Part shown: one piece after another, positions 38,413 through 48,324 of the stretch
Layout: every line of letters starts with the position of its first letter
Position numbering within the stretch: position 1 is the stretch's first letter
DNA from: an uncultured Acidobacteriota bacterium
Lineage (GTDB): Bacteria > Acidobacteriota > Terriglobia > UBA7540
DNA: 64,000 nt
Direction: 5' to 3'
NCBI GenBank assembly: GCA_963804995.1
Contig: CAWDSK010000005.1
Span: forward strand, 224,001-288,000
Position numbers and translations under genes: made by a program
Notes under the pieces: generated by a model
The model's input: the letters and a program-made list of their open reading frames with translations, nothing else
The model's database searches: none
Told to the model about the DNA's origin: nothing

Positions 38413-40117
38413 GAGCTTGTGACTTTTTCGAAGCCACCGTTACGCGGTGGGGCGGGTCAGGTAGTGGGCAGCTTGGGAAGTGCGCGAGAGGGCTCCCCTT
38501 GGCCGGTGGAGCGGTGCCGCGCGGCAAGGAGTACCGGGGGAATCCGCCCTACACCCGTGCCCGGTACGGCTGGGCAGGGCTTGGTTAGCCCAGCAACAGG
38601 GGCGCGAAGTGCATCACGTTGTAAGCCAGGGCGCACCACAGTGCCACGCAGCGTGCCTTGGCCAGCCCGCGCACCAGGATGCGGCCCAAACCGCGATAGG
38701 TGCGCAAGTCGGCGTTGACGGTTTCACTCGTCGCCGCTCTCTGCTGATAGATTTTCTTTCCCTCCTCACTTTTCATGCGTTGCTTCCACTCTCGTACGGC
38801 CTCGCTGTCGCCCTTCTGGGGCTCCAGTTCCTTCCCCCGCTTCTGACGATTTTGCGCCGTGTGCGGCGGGATGAACAGCGCCACGCCCTGCGCGTGTGCC
38901 GCTTCCAAGTCTTCCTTGCGCAGGTACCCGCCGTCCAACAAGTGCTCTTCCACCTTCCCGCCCGTGCGCTGTTCCACCTGTTCCCGCAGCGGCGCGCTCA
39001 GTCCTCCCGAGTCCGAACCTTCCGCGCTCACCTCCACCCCCACAATGGCGCGGCTCTCCGGGTCCGCCGCCAACTGCACATTCACCGCCGGGTCGTAGCC
39101 CCCGTTGGGCATCTTCATGATGCGCGCTTCCGCATCCGTCGTGCTCACCCGCGGAGGCTGCGCCGCAATCTCCTGGCCCCGTTTTCCCCCCGTCCGCTTT
39201 ACCCTTGCGGTGTGCCGGCGTTGCAGCTCCGGCAGTTGCGCAATCGCCTCCTGCAGGCGTTTCTGCCGCTCCTGCGCCGCCCGCTTCCGCGCCGCCGCTT
39301 GCCGCGCGCTCAGCCCCGCTCCTTCCGGCGACTCCAGTTGCCGTCTCAACTCCGCCACGTGCCGTTCCGCTTCCCCCAGCAGTTCCTCCAGCCGCCTTTC
39401 CCGCCGAAAACTCTTCTTCCCCGCCCCCACCCGCACCCGCATTCCGTCCTGGCTGATGCGGCTGACCTTCACCACTCCTTTATCCACCAGAGCAGCGATC
39501 ACTTGCGTGAACAGGGTGTCCAAGGCCTCGGCGTGATCGGTGCGAAAGTCCGACAGCAAACGGTGGTTCACCGTCACCCCTCCGCACAGCCAGCGAAAGG
39601 CCGCATGCTCCTGGCACTGCCGCGCCAGTTCGCGCGCCGCACCGATGCCCCGCACACAGGCGTATAACCACAGCGACACTAAAAGCTGGGGATCGGTCGC
39701 GTCCCGTCCAGCCCCTCCTTCCCGCGCCTTGATCGGCAGGCGGAACGCCGCTAAGTCCAAGCGCTCCACCACCGCCGCCACCCGCCGCACCCCGTGCCCC
39801 GGCCCCACCAGATCGTCCGGACATTGCGCCACCCAGGCCATCTGCTGGCGCTCCGGCCGGCGCAAACGCACCGCCCCGCGCCGCTCTGCTGCCCCCTTCG
39901 CGCCCTTCTCTTCCTTTCCTTCCGCTTCCTGACCTACCGCCGGTTCCATTCCTAATTTAAAATCATCTGAATGTAAAACGTTGTCCATAACATTTATATT
40001 AATACAAGTACCGACCCAACCGCCAGCTTTTTTCTCTCTCCGTACCTCCGCTCCCGATTTTCTGCCTCCTCCCCCCACCCATCCCCCCTCACTGGTGACC
40101 CAAAAAGTCACAAGCTC
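38413..40117 (-). mobile_element. IS1182 family insertion sequence inserted at the centre of a hairpin of a type A repeat (38316-40250)
   Basis: Perfect TIRs GAGCTTGTGACTTTTT / AAAAAGTCACAAGCTC; CTG duplicated; empty site CCTTCTCCCC-T-GGGGAGAAGG. Confidence 0.9.
38585..39988 (-). CDS. IS1182 family transposase
   Basis: DPQLLVSLWLYA...ARELAR.C....FRWLCG...HRLLSDFR (DUF772-like); QDG; STTDAEARIMK; DGGY; YQQRAATSE. Confidence 0.92.
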   Translation of the reverse strand: MDNVLHSDDFKLGMEPAVGQEAEGKEEKGAKGAAERRGAVRLRRPERQQMAWVAQCPDDLVGPGHGVRRVAAVVERLDLAAFRLPIKAREGGAGRDATDPQLLVSLWLYACVRGIGAARELARQCQEHAAFRWLCGGVTVNHRLLSDFRTDHAEALDTLFTQVIAALVDKGVVKVSRISQDGMRVRVGAGKKSFRRERRLEELLGEAERHVAELRRQLESPEGAGLSARQAAARKRAAQERQKRLQEAIAQLPELQRRHTARVKRTGGKRGQEIAAQPPRVSTTDAEARIMKMPNGGYDPAVNVQLAADPESRAIVGVEVSAEGSDSGGLSAPLREQVEQRTGGKVEEHLLDGGYLRKEDLEAAHAQGVALFIPPHTAQNRQKRGKELEPQKGDSEAVREWKQRMKSEEGKKIYQQRAATSETVNADLRTYRGLGRILVRGLAKARCVALWCALAYNVMHFAPLLLG

Positions 40118-40311
40118 CTGGGGAGAAGGCTATGATCTCAGGGCGGCTACGGCGCCGCACCTTACCTTGAGCAACCGCCCTCTCCGAGGGGAGAGGGTGG
40201 ACCGCAGCCGGCGTCTTCATCAGCCGGGGCGGGACGGGTGAGGGGTCACTTGGGGCTTCTTTCCAAACTAGGACACCACCGAGGAGTTATCTGGTTGGCA
40301 CTGAATTCCAT

Positions 40312-42762
40312 TCAATGGCGTGCCGCACCAACTTCCCGCAAATGTTTGCGAACCTGGTCGGCGTCGGGAGCGGTGGGGGCGAGCTGCAGGTAGGCCTCAT
40401 ACTCCTGGCGGGCGCGTGCCATTTGCCCAGCGCCCTCCAGAGTCACCGCAAGGTTGTAATGGGCGTTGGGAACCTCCGGATGCAGGCGGATAGCTTCTTC
40501 GTATTCGTGAATCGCACCCGGGAGGTCGTTCTTGTTCTTCAAGGCATTCGCCAGGTTCAGGTGGGCGCTCGCATCCTGCGGCTGCAACCTGAGATATTCG
40601 CGATAGTTCGAAATGGCTTCATCAAGATTGCCCTGCTGGCGGAGCGCATTGGCCAGTGCCAGGCGCGCGTCAGCGTAATCAGGCTTGGAGCGCAGGGCTT
40701 CCCGATATTCCTGGATGGCCTCATCCGCCTTGCCTTGATGCAGCCAGGTATTACCAAGGCTGAAATGACCTTCCGGGAGATTGGGTGTGACGCGCAGGGC
40801 CGCCCGTGCCTCCTCGGCGGCCCCCGCCGGGTCGTTAAGATGGGTAAGGGCGCTCGAAAGGTTCATATGCGCCTCCGACCAACCCGGGCGTGCCTTTATT
40901 GCGGCGCGAAAGGCTTCAGCAGCGCCTGACCAGTCCTCCGATTGGCTGAGAGCGAGCCCCAGATTCTCTTCCGTTTGGGCGTCCTCATGGCGCCTCAGGC
41001 TGTCACGATAGGCGTCGGCGGCGCCCTTAAAATCCCCTCGGCCATAAAGAGTGTTTCCCAACTCGCGGAGAAAGTCAGCACTCGTGGGATTCAGGTGCAC
41101 GGCTTCGCGGTCCTCCGCGATCGCGCCCTCCGTGTCCCCATTCTGGCGCAAGGCATTGGCCAGGGTCACGTGCAGGCTGGGATCATCCGGCCGCAAGCGC
41201 AGGGCGTCGCGATAGGTGGGCACCGCCAGCGCGAAATTCTTCTCCTGCATATAGAGATCCCCCAAAGCCACCAGGGCTTCGGCGTAGCCTGGCCGCAGAT
41301 GGACCGCTTGTTCAAGCATCTCGCGAGCCTGCTGCGGCTTGCCCAGAGCCTCTAGAACGAGTGCCGTCCGAAAGTGGAATTCCGGACTCTGTGGCTGAAG
41401 CTGCAACGCAACTTTATACTCTCCCAGCGAGTTCTGAAGGTCGTTGGCAGCTTGATAGGCATTGGCGAGGTGCGCGTGCGCATCCGGGTCGTCGGGGCGC
41501 AAGCGGACTTCCTCGCGATATTCCTGCACAAAGCCCGCCACGTCACCGGAGGCTTGAAGCGCTTCCGCCAGGTTGCGATGGTAGGCAGCTTCGTCGCGGT
41601 CGAGTTCGACCGCCTGGCGGAGTTCACGAACCGAATCGGGCAGGTCACCCGTCTTGCGGAGAACCAACCCCAAAGCTTCATGTAGCGCCGGATCCCCGGG
41701 TCTCAGCCGTATAGCCTCATGGTATTCGCTGACGGCGGCTGCGTGGTCACCCGTGGAGAGATAGGCGGCGGCCAGTTCCGCGTGTGCCGTGGGATTGTCA
41801 GGCCGCAGATTGATGACGCGCTGAAATTCCTTAATGGCGCCGCCATAGTCGCCCGCCTCGCGCAAGCCCAGGGCCAGAGTAAAACGGTAATCGGGCTGGT
41901 CGGGGCGCAGTTGCACCGCTTGCCGGTATTCCTCCACGGCGTGTATCAAGTCGCCATTCGCGTGCAGGGCGGCGGCCAGGCTCATGTGAAGATCGGGGTC
42001 GTTGGGGCGCAGGCGGGAGGCCGCGCGATACTCATTGATGCCCTCCGTAATATTACCTGATTGGGTCAGGGCCGTAGCGAAACCGGCATGGGCGTCAGGG
42101 TTCTTGGGGTCTGATTCCAAGGCCCGGCGAAATTCCTCGATAGCCCCCGTGGCATCGCCGGATTGAATGAGGGCGCTCGCCAGGGAAACACGGACTTCCG
42201 CATCGTGCGGGGCAAGCGCCAGAGCGGTGCGATATTCCGGAATCGCCTCACTGAAGGCGCGGCTTGCGGTGAGCGCGTTGGCCAGAATCACATGCGCGTC
42301 CACATTGGCGGCGTGTAAGCGAACCTCGGCGCGATATTCTTGGATGGCCGCGGGAAGGTTCCCGGCAGATTCCTCAAGGGCGCCGATATTCATGTGGACT
42401 CCCGGGAAATCCGGCCGCAGACGGAGCACTTCCTGATACTCCTGCAAGGCCTCGCCAGTCTTCTGCTCAGCCGCATAGGCGTTGCCGAGGTTGTAATGTG
42501 CTTCGGTGTAGCCAGGTCTGAGGTCCAGGGCCTTCTTATACGACACAATCGCCTGGTCCCATTTGTTCAGGCGCGCCGACTCGTTGCCTTGCTTGAAAAA
42601 ATCCTCCGCCGTTAATGAGGAAGCCTCCGCAGGCGCTTTGGGATTCGCGACCGGGGATTGGGATGCGGGGGCTTGTGCCACCAACGAATCGAGACAGGTC
42701 AGCGACATCATCGTGGCAACGCCCAAAAGCAGAATGGCACTTCTCCCCAAATGCAGACCCAT
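40312..42762 (-). CDS. Exported tetratricopeptide-repeat protein (about 22 TPRs)
   Basis: Signal peptide followed by regular 34-aa AH.NL...A..EYR.A.RL.P repeats. Confidence 0.92.
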   Translation of the reverse strand: MGLHLGRSAILLLGVATMMSLTCLDSLVAQAPASQSPVANPKAPAEASSLTAEDFFKQGNESARLNKWDQAIVSYKKALDLRPGYTEAHYNLGNAYAAEQKTGEALQEYQEVLRLRPDFPGVHMNIGALEESAGNLPAAIQEYRAEVRLHAANVDAHVILANALTASRAFSEAIPEYRTALALAPHDAEVRVSLASALIQSGDATGAIEEFRRALESDPKNPDAHAGFATALTQSGNITEGINEYRAASRLRPNDPDLHMSLAAALHANGDLIHAVEEYRQAVQLRPDQPDYRFTLALGLREAGDYGGAIKEFQRVINLRPDNPTAHAELAAAYLSTGDHAAAVSEYHEAIRLRPGDPALHEALGLVLRKTGDLPDSVRELRQAVELDRDEAAYHRNLAEALQASGDVAGFVQEYREEVRLRPDDPDAHAHLANAYQAANDLQNSLGEYKVALQLQPQSPEFHFRTALVLEALGKPQQAREMLEQAVHLRPGYAEALVALGDLYMQEKNFALAVPTYRDALRLRPDDPSLHVTLANALRQNGDTEGAIAEDREAVHLNPTSADFLRELGNTLYGRGDFKGAADAYRDSLRRHEDAQTEENLGLALSQSEDWSGAAEAFRAAIKARPGWSEAHMNLSSALTHLNDPAGAAEEARAALRVTPNLPEGHFSLGNTWLHQGKADEAIQEYREALRSKPDYADARLALANALRQQGNLDEAISNYREYLRLQPQDASAHLNLANALKNKNDLPGAIHEYEEAIRLHPEVPNAHYNLAVTLEGAGQMARARQEYEAYLQLAPTAPDADQVRKHLREVGAARH

Positions 42763-42928
42763 GGCCGCCCCTCTCGGATGCATACTCATAGGATACACCC
42801 AACGGTTTCTCTCTGCGTCCTCTCGGGTCTCTGCTGATAATTTGGATTCAGGTCTTCCACATCAGACTCTTTAGTTCAGCGCGACTGCGGCGCGGCAAGA
42901 ACCCGCGCCGCTGGAAAAGCCGCCCCGA

Positions 42929-43126
42929 TAATGGTTTTGAATTGATAAGTTGTAAATTGTTCCGACGCCCCGCGCGTGGAAGTAACCCCTCATCCGTCCT
43001 CCTACGTCGGCCACCTTCTCCCCTGGGAGAAGGCTGAGATTTACGATGCCTAGCCCTCTCCGAGGGGAGAGGGTGGACCGCCGCCGGCGTTTTCACCAGC
43101 CGGCGCGGGACGGGTGAGGGGTCACT
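42929..43126. repeat. Type A repeat copy (one end plus palindromic core), uninterrupted
   Basis: Matches 38316-38412 plus 40118-40250, and 7222-7433 in reverse. Confidence 0.85.
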
Positions 43127-43306
43127 TTCGGGAAGCAGCACAATATTCTTGCCAAAAAAACAATTTGCGGTGTTGCATTGCATGGCCCGCCCCACATTGC
43201 GACCAATTCTTCGAACAATTCGCTGCCCTATTCGCATTTTTGGGCTACCGGTAGCCCAAATCGTACGGTGGGGGATTGACTTGGCCCAAATGAGAGTTAC
43301 CCTTAA

Positions 43307-45321
43307 CCTGCCTTTCGCACTTCCACCCGCTACCGGGCTGATTTTGGCAGCTTGCGGTGCACAAGGTCTTTGCCTTCAATGGGCGCGGGTTGAAGAGTGC
43401 TTGTAGGCCCGACCTACCCTCTTTTCTGGGGCGCGAAGGTCTGGCATTCTGGGGCGTGCACCTGAAGATTCATCGACGCAAAAAGGACGGCAAGGAACAT
43501 CGTTATTTCAGCATCGTCGAGAGTCGGCGCGTGTCGCGCTCGAAGGTCGTGCATCGGACGGTGCTGTATCTGGGCGAAATCAACGACAGCCAACAATCCG
43601 CGTGGCGCAAGACGCTGGAGGTTTTTGACGAGGACCGTCGCGTCCTCGCGTCCCTGAGCCTCTTCCCGGAGGACCGCGAACTTCCTGCGGATGCTGTGGA
43701 CGGCGTACAAGTGAAGTTGAGTGAAATGCGCGTTGAGCGGCCGCGCACCTTCGGTGGCTGTTGGTTGGGCTGCGAGCTGTGGCGCCAGTTGAAGCTGGAC
43801 GAGTTCTGGCAGGCGAGGTTGCCGGAAGGGCGCGAGGGAGTTCCGTGGGAGAAGGTGCTACGGCTGCTGGTGGTGAACCGGTTGATCGAGCCGGGCAGCG
43901 AATTCCGTGTGCATCGGCACTGGTTCGATCAGACCGCCATGGCCGAGTTGCTGGCAGTGAACTTCGCGGTGGCCGAGAAGGACCGGCTCTATCGTTGTCT
44001 GGATCGAATACTGGCGCACAAGGCGGAGTTGTTCCAGCACCTGCGGCTGCGGTGGCAAGACCTCTTTGCGGCGCGCTTTGATCTGCTCCTCTACGATCTC
44101 ACCAGCACCTATGTGGAAGGAGAGGCGGAAGCGATTCCCAAAGCCCGCCACGGTTACAGCCGGGACGGGCGGTTCGACTGTCGGCAGGTGGTGATCGCCC
44201 TGGTGCTGACGCCGGAAGGTTTCCCGCTGGCCTACGAAGTGATGGAGGGGAATACTTCCGACCGGAACAGCTTGCGCGGTTTTCTGGACAAGATCGAGAG
44301 CGTGTACGGCAAGGCACGGCGGGTGTGGATGATGGATCGGGGAGTTCCCAGTGAAGAACTGCTGGCGGAGATGCGCACCCCGGGGCGGGAGATGTTTTAC
44401 CTGGTGGGGACGCCACGGGGCAAGATCCGGCAGTACGAAGCGAAGTGGACGGAACTGCCGTGGCGGAAGGTGCGCGAGTCGGTAGAGGTGAAACTGTTCG
44501 CGGAGGAAGGCGAGTTGTATGTGCTGGCGAAGAGCGCAGGCCGCCAGGCGAAAGAGATGGCCATCCGTCGACGCAAGCTGGCACGGCTGTTGTGGAGGCT
44601 GCGGGCCTTGCGGCGCGTGTGTCCGACGCGTGATGCGTTGCTGATGAAGATCGGAGCAGCCAAGAGTGAAGCCGGACGGGCCTTCGGTTTCGTGAAGATC
44701 AGCGTGCCCAAGGCCCAGGAAGAAGTGACTCGCCAGACCTTCCAGTTCCGGCTCGAGCGCAGCAAGTTGGAGGAAGCGGAGCGGCGCGATGGACATTATC
44801 TGTTGCGCACCAATCTGACGGGGGAAAATCCCGAGGTGTTGTGGGACCGCTACATGCAACTGGCGCAGATCGAAGCGGCCTTTAAGTGTTTGAAGAGTGA
44901 GCTGGGAATTCGGCCGATTTATCATCAAATAGAACATCGCGTCGAGGCCCACATCCTCATTGCCTTTCTGGCGTACGGCTTGTGGGTGACGCTGAAACAG
45001 CGTCTGCAGGCCCACGCTCCGGGCCTGACGCCGAAAGCGGTGCTGGAGAAGCTGGCGGGCATGCAGATGCTCGATGTGTCTTTCCCGACCACGGATGGGC
45101 GCCGATTAGTGATGCCCCGCTACACCGAGCCGACACCCGAACAAAAGCTCCTGTTGCACGAACTGCAGCTCGTGCTCCCCACTCAGCCACCGCCCAGGAT
45201 CACGGTCCAGCCGGAAATCTTTCCTGCTGGAATGCTGCGTTTGTAGGCCAGACCTTGGCAATGCCTGTACTGAAAAGAAGCGAGTTAACCCAACTCAACA
45301 CCCTGAAGTGCGAAAGTTCGG
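43307..45321 (+). mobile_element. IS1634 family insertion sequence, 2015 bp
   Basis: Ends CCTGCCTTTCGCACTTC / GAAGTGCGAAAGTTCGG, each flanked by TTAA. Confidence 0.85.
43456..45246 (+). CDS. IS1634 family transposase
   Basis: LYDLTSTY.EG; GYSRDGR; GNTSD; MDRG; IEAAFK.LKSEL.IRPIYH. Confidence 0.93.
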   Translation: MHLKIHRRKKDGKEHRYFSIVESRRVSRSKVVHRTVLYLGEINDSQQSAWRKTLEVFDEDRRVLASLSLFPEDRELPADAVDGVQVKLSEMRVERPRTFGGCWLGCELWRQLKLDEFWQARLPEGREGVPWEKVLRLLVVNRLIEPGSEFRVHRHWFDQTAMAELLAVNFAVAEKDRLYRCLDRILAHKAELFQHLRLRWQDLFAARFDLLLYDLTSTYVEGEAEAIPKARHGYSRDGRFDCRQVVIALVLTPEGFPLAYEVMEGNTSDRNSLRGFLDKIESVYGKARRVWMMDRGVPSEELLAEMRTPGREMFYLVGTPRGKIRQYEAKWTELPWRKVRESVEVKLFAEEGELYVLAKSAGRQAKEMAIRRRKLARLLWRLRALRRVCPTRDALLMKIGAAKSEAGRAFGFVKISVPKAQEEVTRQTFQFRLERSKLEEAERRDGHYLLRTNLTGENPEVLWDRYMQLAQIEAAFKCLKSELGIRPIYHQIEHRVEAHILIAFLAYGLWVTLKQRLQAHAPGLTPKAVLEKLAGMQMLDVSFPTTDGRRLVMPRYTEPTPEQKLLLHELQLVLPTQPPPRITVQPEIFPAGMLRL

Positions 45322-45601
45322 TTAAGAGTGCAGGTAATTGCGTGCTGGCGAAGTGGGGCGCAACGCGAACGGAGGCAAGGCCTGCGGCCAATAATATACT
45401 TCCCCTTAACGGAACACGGATTGAGCCTGAACGCCATAAGCGGCAGGTGGAAACCTTAGAAGATGATGAAGAGCAGGATTGCCTCTCTCGCGATGTTTAT
45501 GAAAATAAATTGGTTATAGCTACTAAGGATCCGCCGCGCTGGGCTAAACTGCAGGCCCAGTTCTAGATTAATTTCAGTCTCGGTGGGTGCAATTTACTGG
45601 C

Positions 45602-46480
45602 ATGGAAACTGTCCTTCAATTCTTCCGCCGCCGTCCCCAATACCGCACAGCGACTCTGCTCTCGGGAAGCCTGTTCTGGCTGGTAGGATTCTTTTTATTG
45701 CCGCTTGCCTACCTGCTGGCCGTGAGCTTTGCCGCGCGCTCGCCTTATGGAACGATTGACTGGACCTTGGGCCTTGCCAATTATGGGCGCGCCTTCCAGC
45801 CCCTGTATTTGGCGATTTACTGGCGATCGTTCTGGATGGCTCTGGTCACGACCGGCCTCGCAGTGCTGCTGGGTTTTCCGGTCGCCTACACCTTAGCGTT
45901 ACGGGTTTCGAACCGTTGGAAATCCGCCCTGCTGATGCTTGTCGTCATCCCCTTCTGGACCAGTTTCCTGATCCGCACCTACGCCTGGATGATCATTCTG
46001 CGCAGTGAAGGCGTGGTGAATAATTCCCTGCTGGCGCTGCACCTCATCCACGAACCGCTGCGCCTGCTCTACACGCCGCTGGCGGTGATGATCGGGCTGG
46101 TATATGGGGAATTGCCTTTCATGATTCTGCCCCTCTACGCGGTGCTTCAAAAACTCGACCCCACGCTGCTCGAAGCCGCCCAGGATTTGGGCGCGCCCCA
46201 CTGGTCAACTTTCCGGCGAGTCACCTTGCCGCTGTCGGCGCCCGGCCTGATCGCAGGTTCGGTTTTGGTTTTCATCGCTTCTGTCGGCGCCTTCATCACG
46301 CCTGACTTGTTGGGAGGCGCCCGCACCATGATGGTGGGGAACCTGATCCAGAACCAGTTTGCCGTGGCGCGCGACCAACCCTTCGGCTCCGCAGTGGCTT
46401 TCCTGCTGACGTTGGTGGTGCTGGGGTTGGTGGGGGCCAGTTTGCGCAAGAGCGAACGAGCCACCCGGGAGATGCTCTAA
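45602..46480 (+). CDS. potB: Spermidine/putrescine ABC transporter permease
   Basis: IPFWTSFLIRTYAW; LPFMILPLY; LLEAAQDLGA; PDLLGG. Confidence 0.9.
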   Translation: METVLQFFRRRPQYRTATLLSGSLFWLVGFFLLPLAYLLAVSFAARSPYGTIDWTLGLANYGRAFQPLYLAIYWRSFWMALVTTGLAVLLGFPVAYTLALRVSNRWKSALLMLVVIPFWTSFLIRTYAWMIILRSEGVVNNSLLALHLIHEPLRLLYTPLAVMIGLVYGELPFMILPLYAVLQKLDPTLLEAAQDLGAPHWSTFRRVTLPLSAPGLIAGSVLVFIASVGAFITPDLLGGARTMMVGNLIQNQFAVARDQPFGSAVAFLLTLVVLGLVGASLRKSERATREML

Positions 46481-48315
46481 TGGCCGGGACGCGCCGCGGG
46501 GGTTGGGGACTCCCACTCTCGACGACCGCTGTTTACCTGTTTCTTTACGCGCCTATTTTCGTTCTGATGATTTACTCGTTCAACCGCTCGCGCCTTTCTG
46601 CGCATTGGCTGGGATTCACCGCGGAGTGGTACGCCGTCCTTTGGCGCGACGAACAGATTTTTCAATCGCTCCAGAACAGCCTGCTCGTCGCCGCCGGAGT
46701 CACGCTGGCCTGTGTGGTTTTTGGGACCATGACCGCGCTGGTCTTTGCGCGGCCCCGCCTGCGGGGAAGGGCAGTGCTGGATGGCGTGGTTTATCTTCCC
46801 CTGGTCATTCCGGAAATCGTGATCGCCGTGGCCACCGTGATCTTCTTCAGCCTGCTGGCGCTGAAGCTGAGTCTCTGGACCATCATCATCGCGCACATCA
46901 CCTTCTGCGTTTCCTACGTCATCATCGTGGTGGGAGCGCGCCTGGCCGGAATGGACCGCTCCCTGGAGGAAGCCGCTTTGGATTTGGGCGCGGACGAGTG
47001 GACCACCTTTTTTCGCGTCACGTTGCCCATTGCCGCCCCGGCAATTCTTTCCGCGGCCCTACTGGTTTTCACCACGTCGTTCGATGACTACCTCATCACA
47101 TCGTTTGTGGCCGGGGTTCGTTCCACCACCCTGCCGCTTGAAATCTATTCACGACTCAAGCGCGGAATCACCCCGGAGATCAATGCCATTTCCACCATCA
47201 TCCTGGCCGCCACGATTCCCCTGGTGTTCGTTGCCCAACGCCTGGAGCGCGGTTCGATGAAGCTGCGCACGGCGCTCGCGAGCGCTGGCGCCATCTTCCT
47301 GCTCATGGTCACACCGGTCGTGGCGCGCACTTGGCAGCCCGGCGAAAAACTCCCGCAACTCAACATTTACATCTGGTCATCCTACCTTTCTCCCCGCATT
47401 ATTCGCGGTTTCGAGAGCGAGTTCCACTGCCAGGTGAACTACGACCTCTATGACTCGAATGAAGCTTTGCTCGCCAAATTGCAGGCGGGCAATGTGGATT
47501 ACGACCTGGTTGTCCCCAGCGACTACATGGTGGAAATCCTGGTTAGGCAGGGCTTGCTGGCCAAGCTCGACAAGTCGCGACTGCCCAACGCCTGGGCCAA
47601 TACCGACCGGCGTTTCCTGGGCCTGCCCTTTGACCCGCAAAATGACTACTCGGTCCCTTACGCGTGGGGAACCACCGGGCTTGCCTATCGCGCCGACCTG
47701 GTCAAAGAGAATATCGATAGCTGGAACGTGCTGTTTGATCCGCGCTTTTCGGGGCACATATTGCTTCTTGATGACTCGCGCGAAGTCTTTGGGATGGCGC
47801 TCAAGAAGCTCGGATACTCATTGAATTCCACTGACCCTGACCAAATCCGGCAGGCGCGTGATTTGCTGTTGCGCCAGAAACCCCTGGTGAAGGGCTACAA
47901 CAGCTCCAATTTTGAGCAGGACCTCGCTGCCGGCGACGCCTGGATCGCCCAGGCCTACAACGGAAACATGACCTTCGTGATGCGCGACGAGCCGCGCCTT
48001 CGTTACGTCATTCCGAAGGAAGGGTGCACGATTTCCGTCGATTGCGCCTGCATTCCGCGCCACGCTCCGCACCCGCAACTGGCGGAAGACTTCATCAACT
48101 ACTTCCATCGCCCGGAAGTGGCGGCCCAGTTCGTCGATGATTGCGGATTCAATACGCCGAACCGCTACGATCACGGGGAAATAGACCCGTGGCTCCTCTC
48201 GAATCCCGCCGTGTTTCCTGACCCCGCCGCGCTCAGCCGCTGCGAGTTCATGCGAGACCTCGGCCCCGTCATCACTCTCTACGACCGCTACTGGACGGAA
48301 ATCAAGGCGCGCTGA
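46480..48315 (+). CDS. Fused PotC permease - PotD substrate-binding protein
   Basis: FLYAPI..YSFN; LEEAALDLGA; TTLPL..PEINA; then LNIYIWSSY..YDSNEAL.AKL..DLVVPSDYM; VPYAWGT in one frame. Confidence 0.9.
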   Translation: MAGTRRGGWGLPLSTTAVYLFLYAPIFVLMIYSFNRSRLSAHWLGFTAEWYAVLWRDEQIFQSLQNSLLVAAGVTLACVVFGTMTALVFARPRLRGRAVLDGVVYLPLVIPEIVIAVATVIFFSLLALKLSLWTIIIAHITFCVSYVIIVVGARLAGMDRSLEEAALDLGADEWTTFFRVTLPIAAPAILSAALLVFTTSFDDYLITSFVAGVRSTTLPLEIYSRLKRGITPEINAISTIILAATIPLVFVAQRLERGSMKLRTALASAGAIFLLMVTPVVARTWQPGEKLPQLNIYIWSSYLSPRIIRGFESEFHCQVNYDLYDSNEALLAKLQAGNVDYDLVVPSDYMVEILVRQGLLAKLDKSRLPNAWANTDRRFLGLPFDPQNDYSVPYAWGTTGLAYRADLVKENIDSWNVLFDPRFSGHILLLDDSREVFGMALKKLGYSLNSTDPDQIRQARDLLLRQKPLVKGYNSSNFEQDLAAGDAWIAQAYNGNMTFVMRDEPRLRYVIPKEGCTISVDCACIPRHAPHPQLAEDFINYFHRPEVAAQFVDDCGFNTPNRYDHGEIDPWLLSNPAVFPDPAALSRCEFMRDLGPVITLYDRYWTEIKAR

Positions 48316-48324
48316 AGGACAGAA

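Noticed and set aside
40312..42762. 102 bp periodicity as a DNA repeat or DGR target
   Set aside because: Explained by degenerate TPR protein repeats; no reverse transcriptase or template/variable repeat pair.
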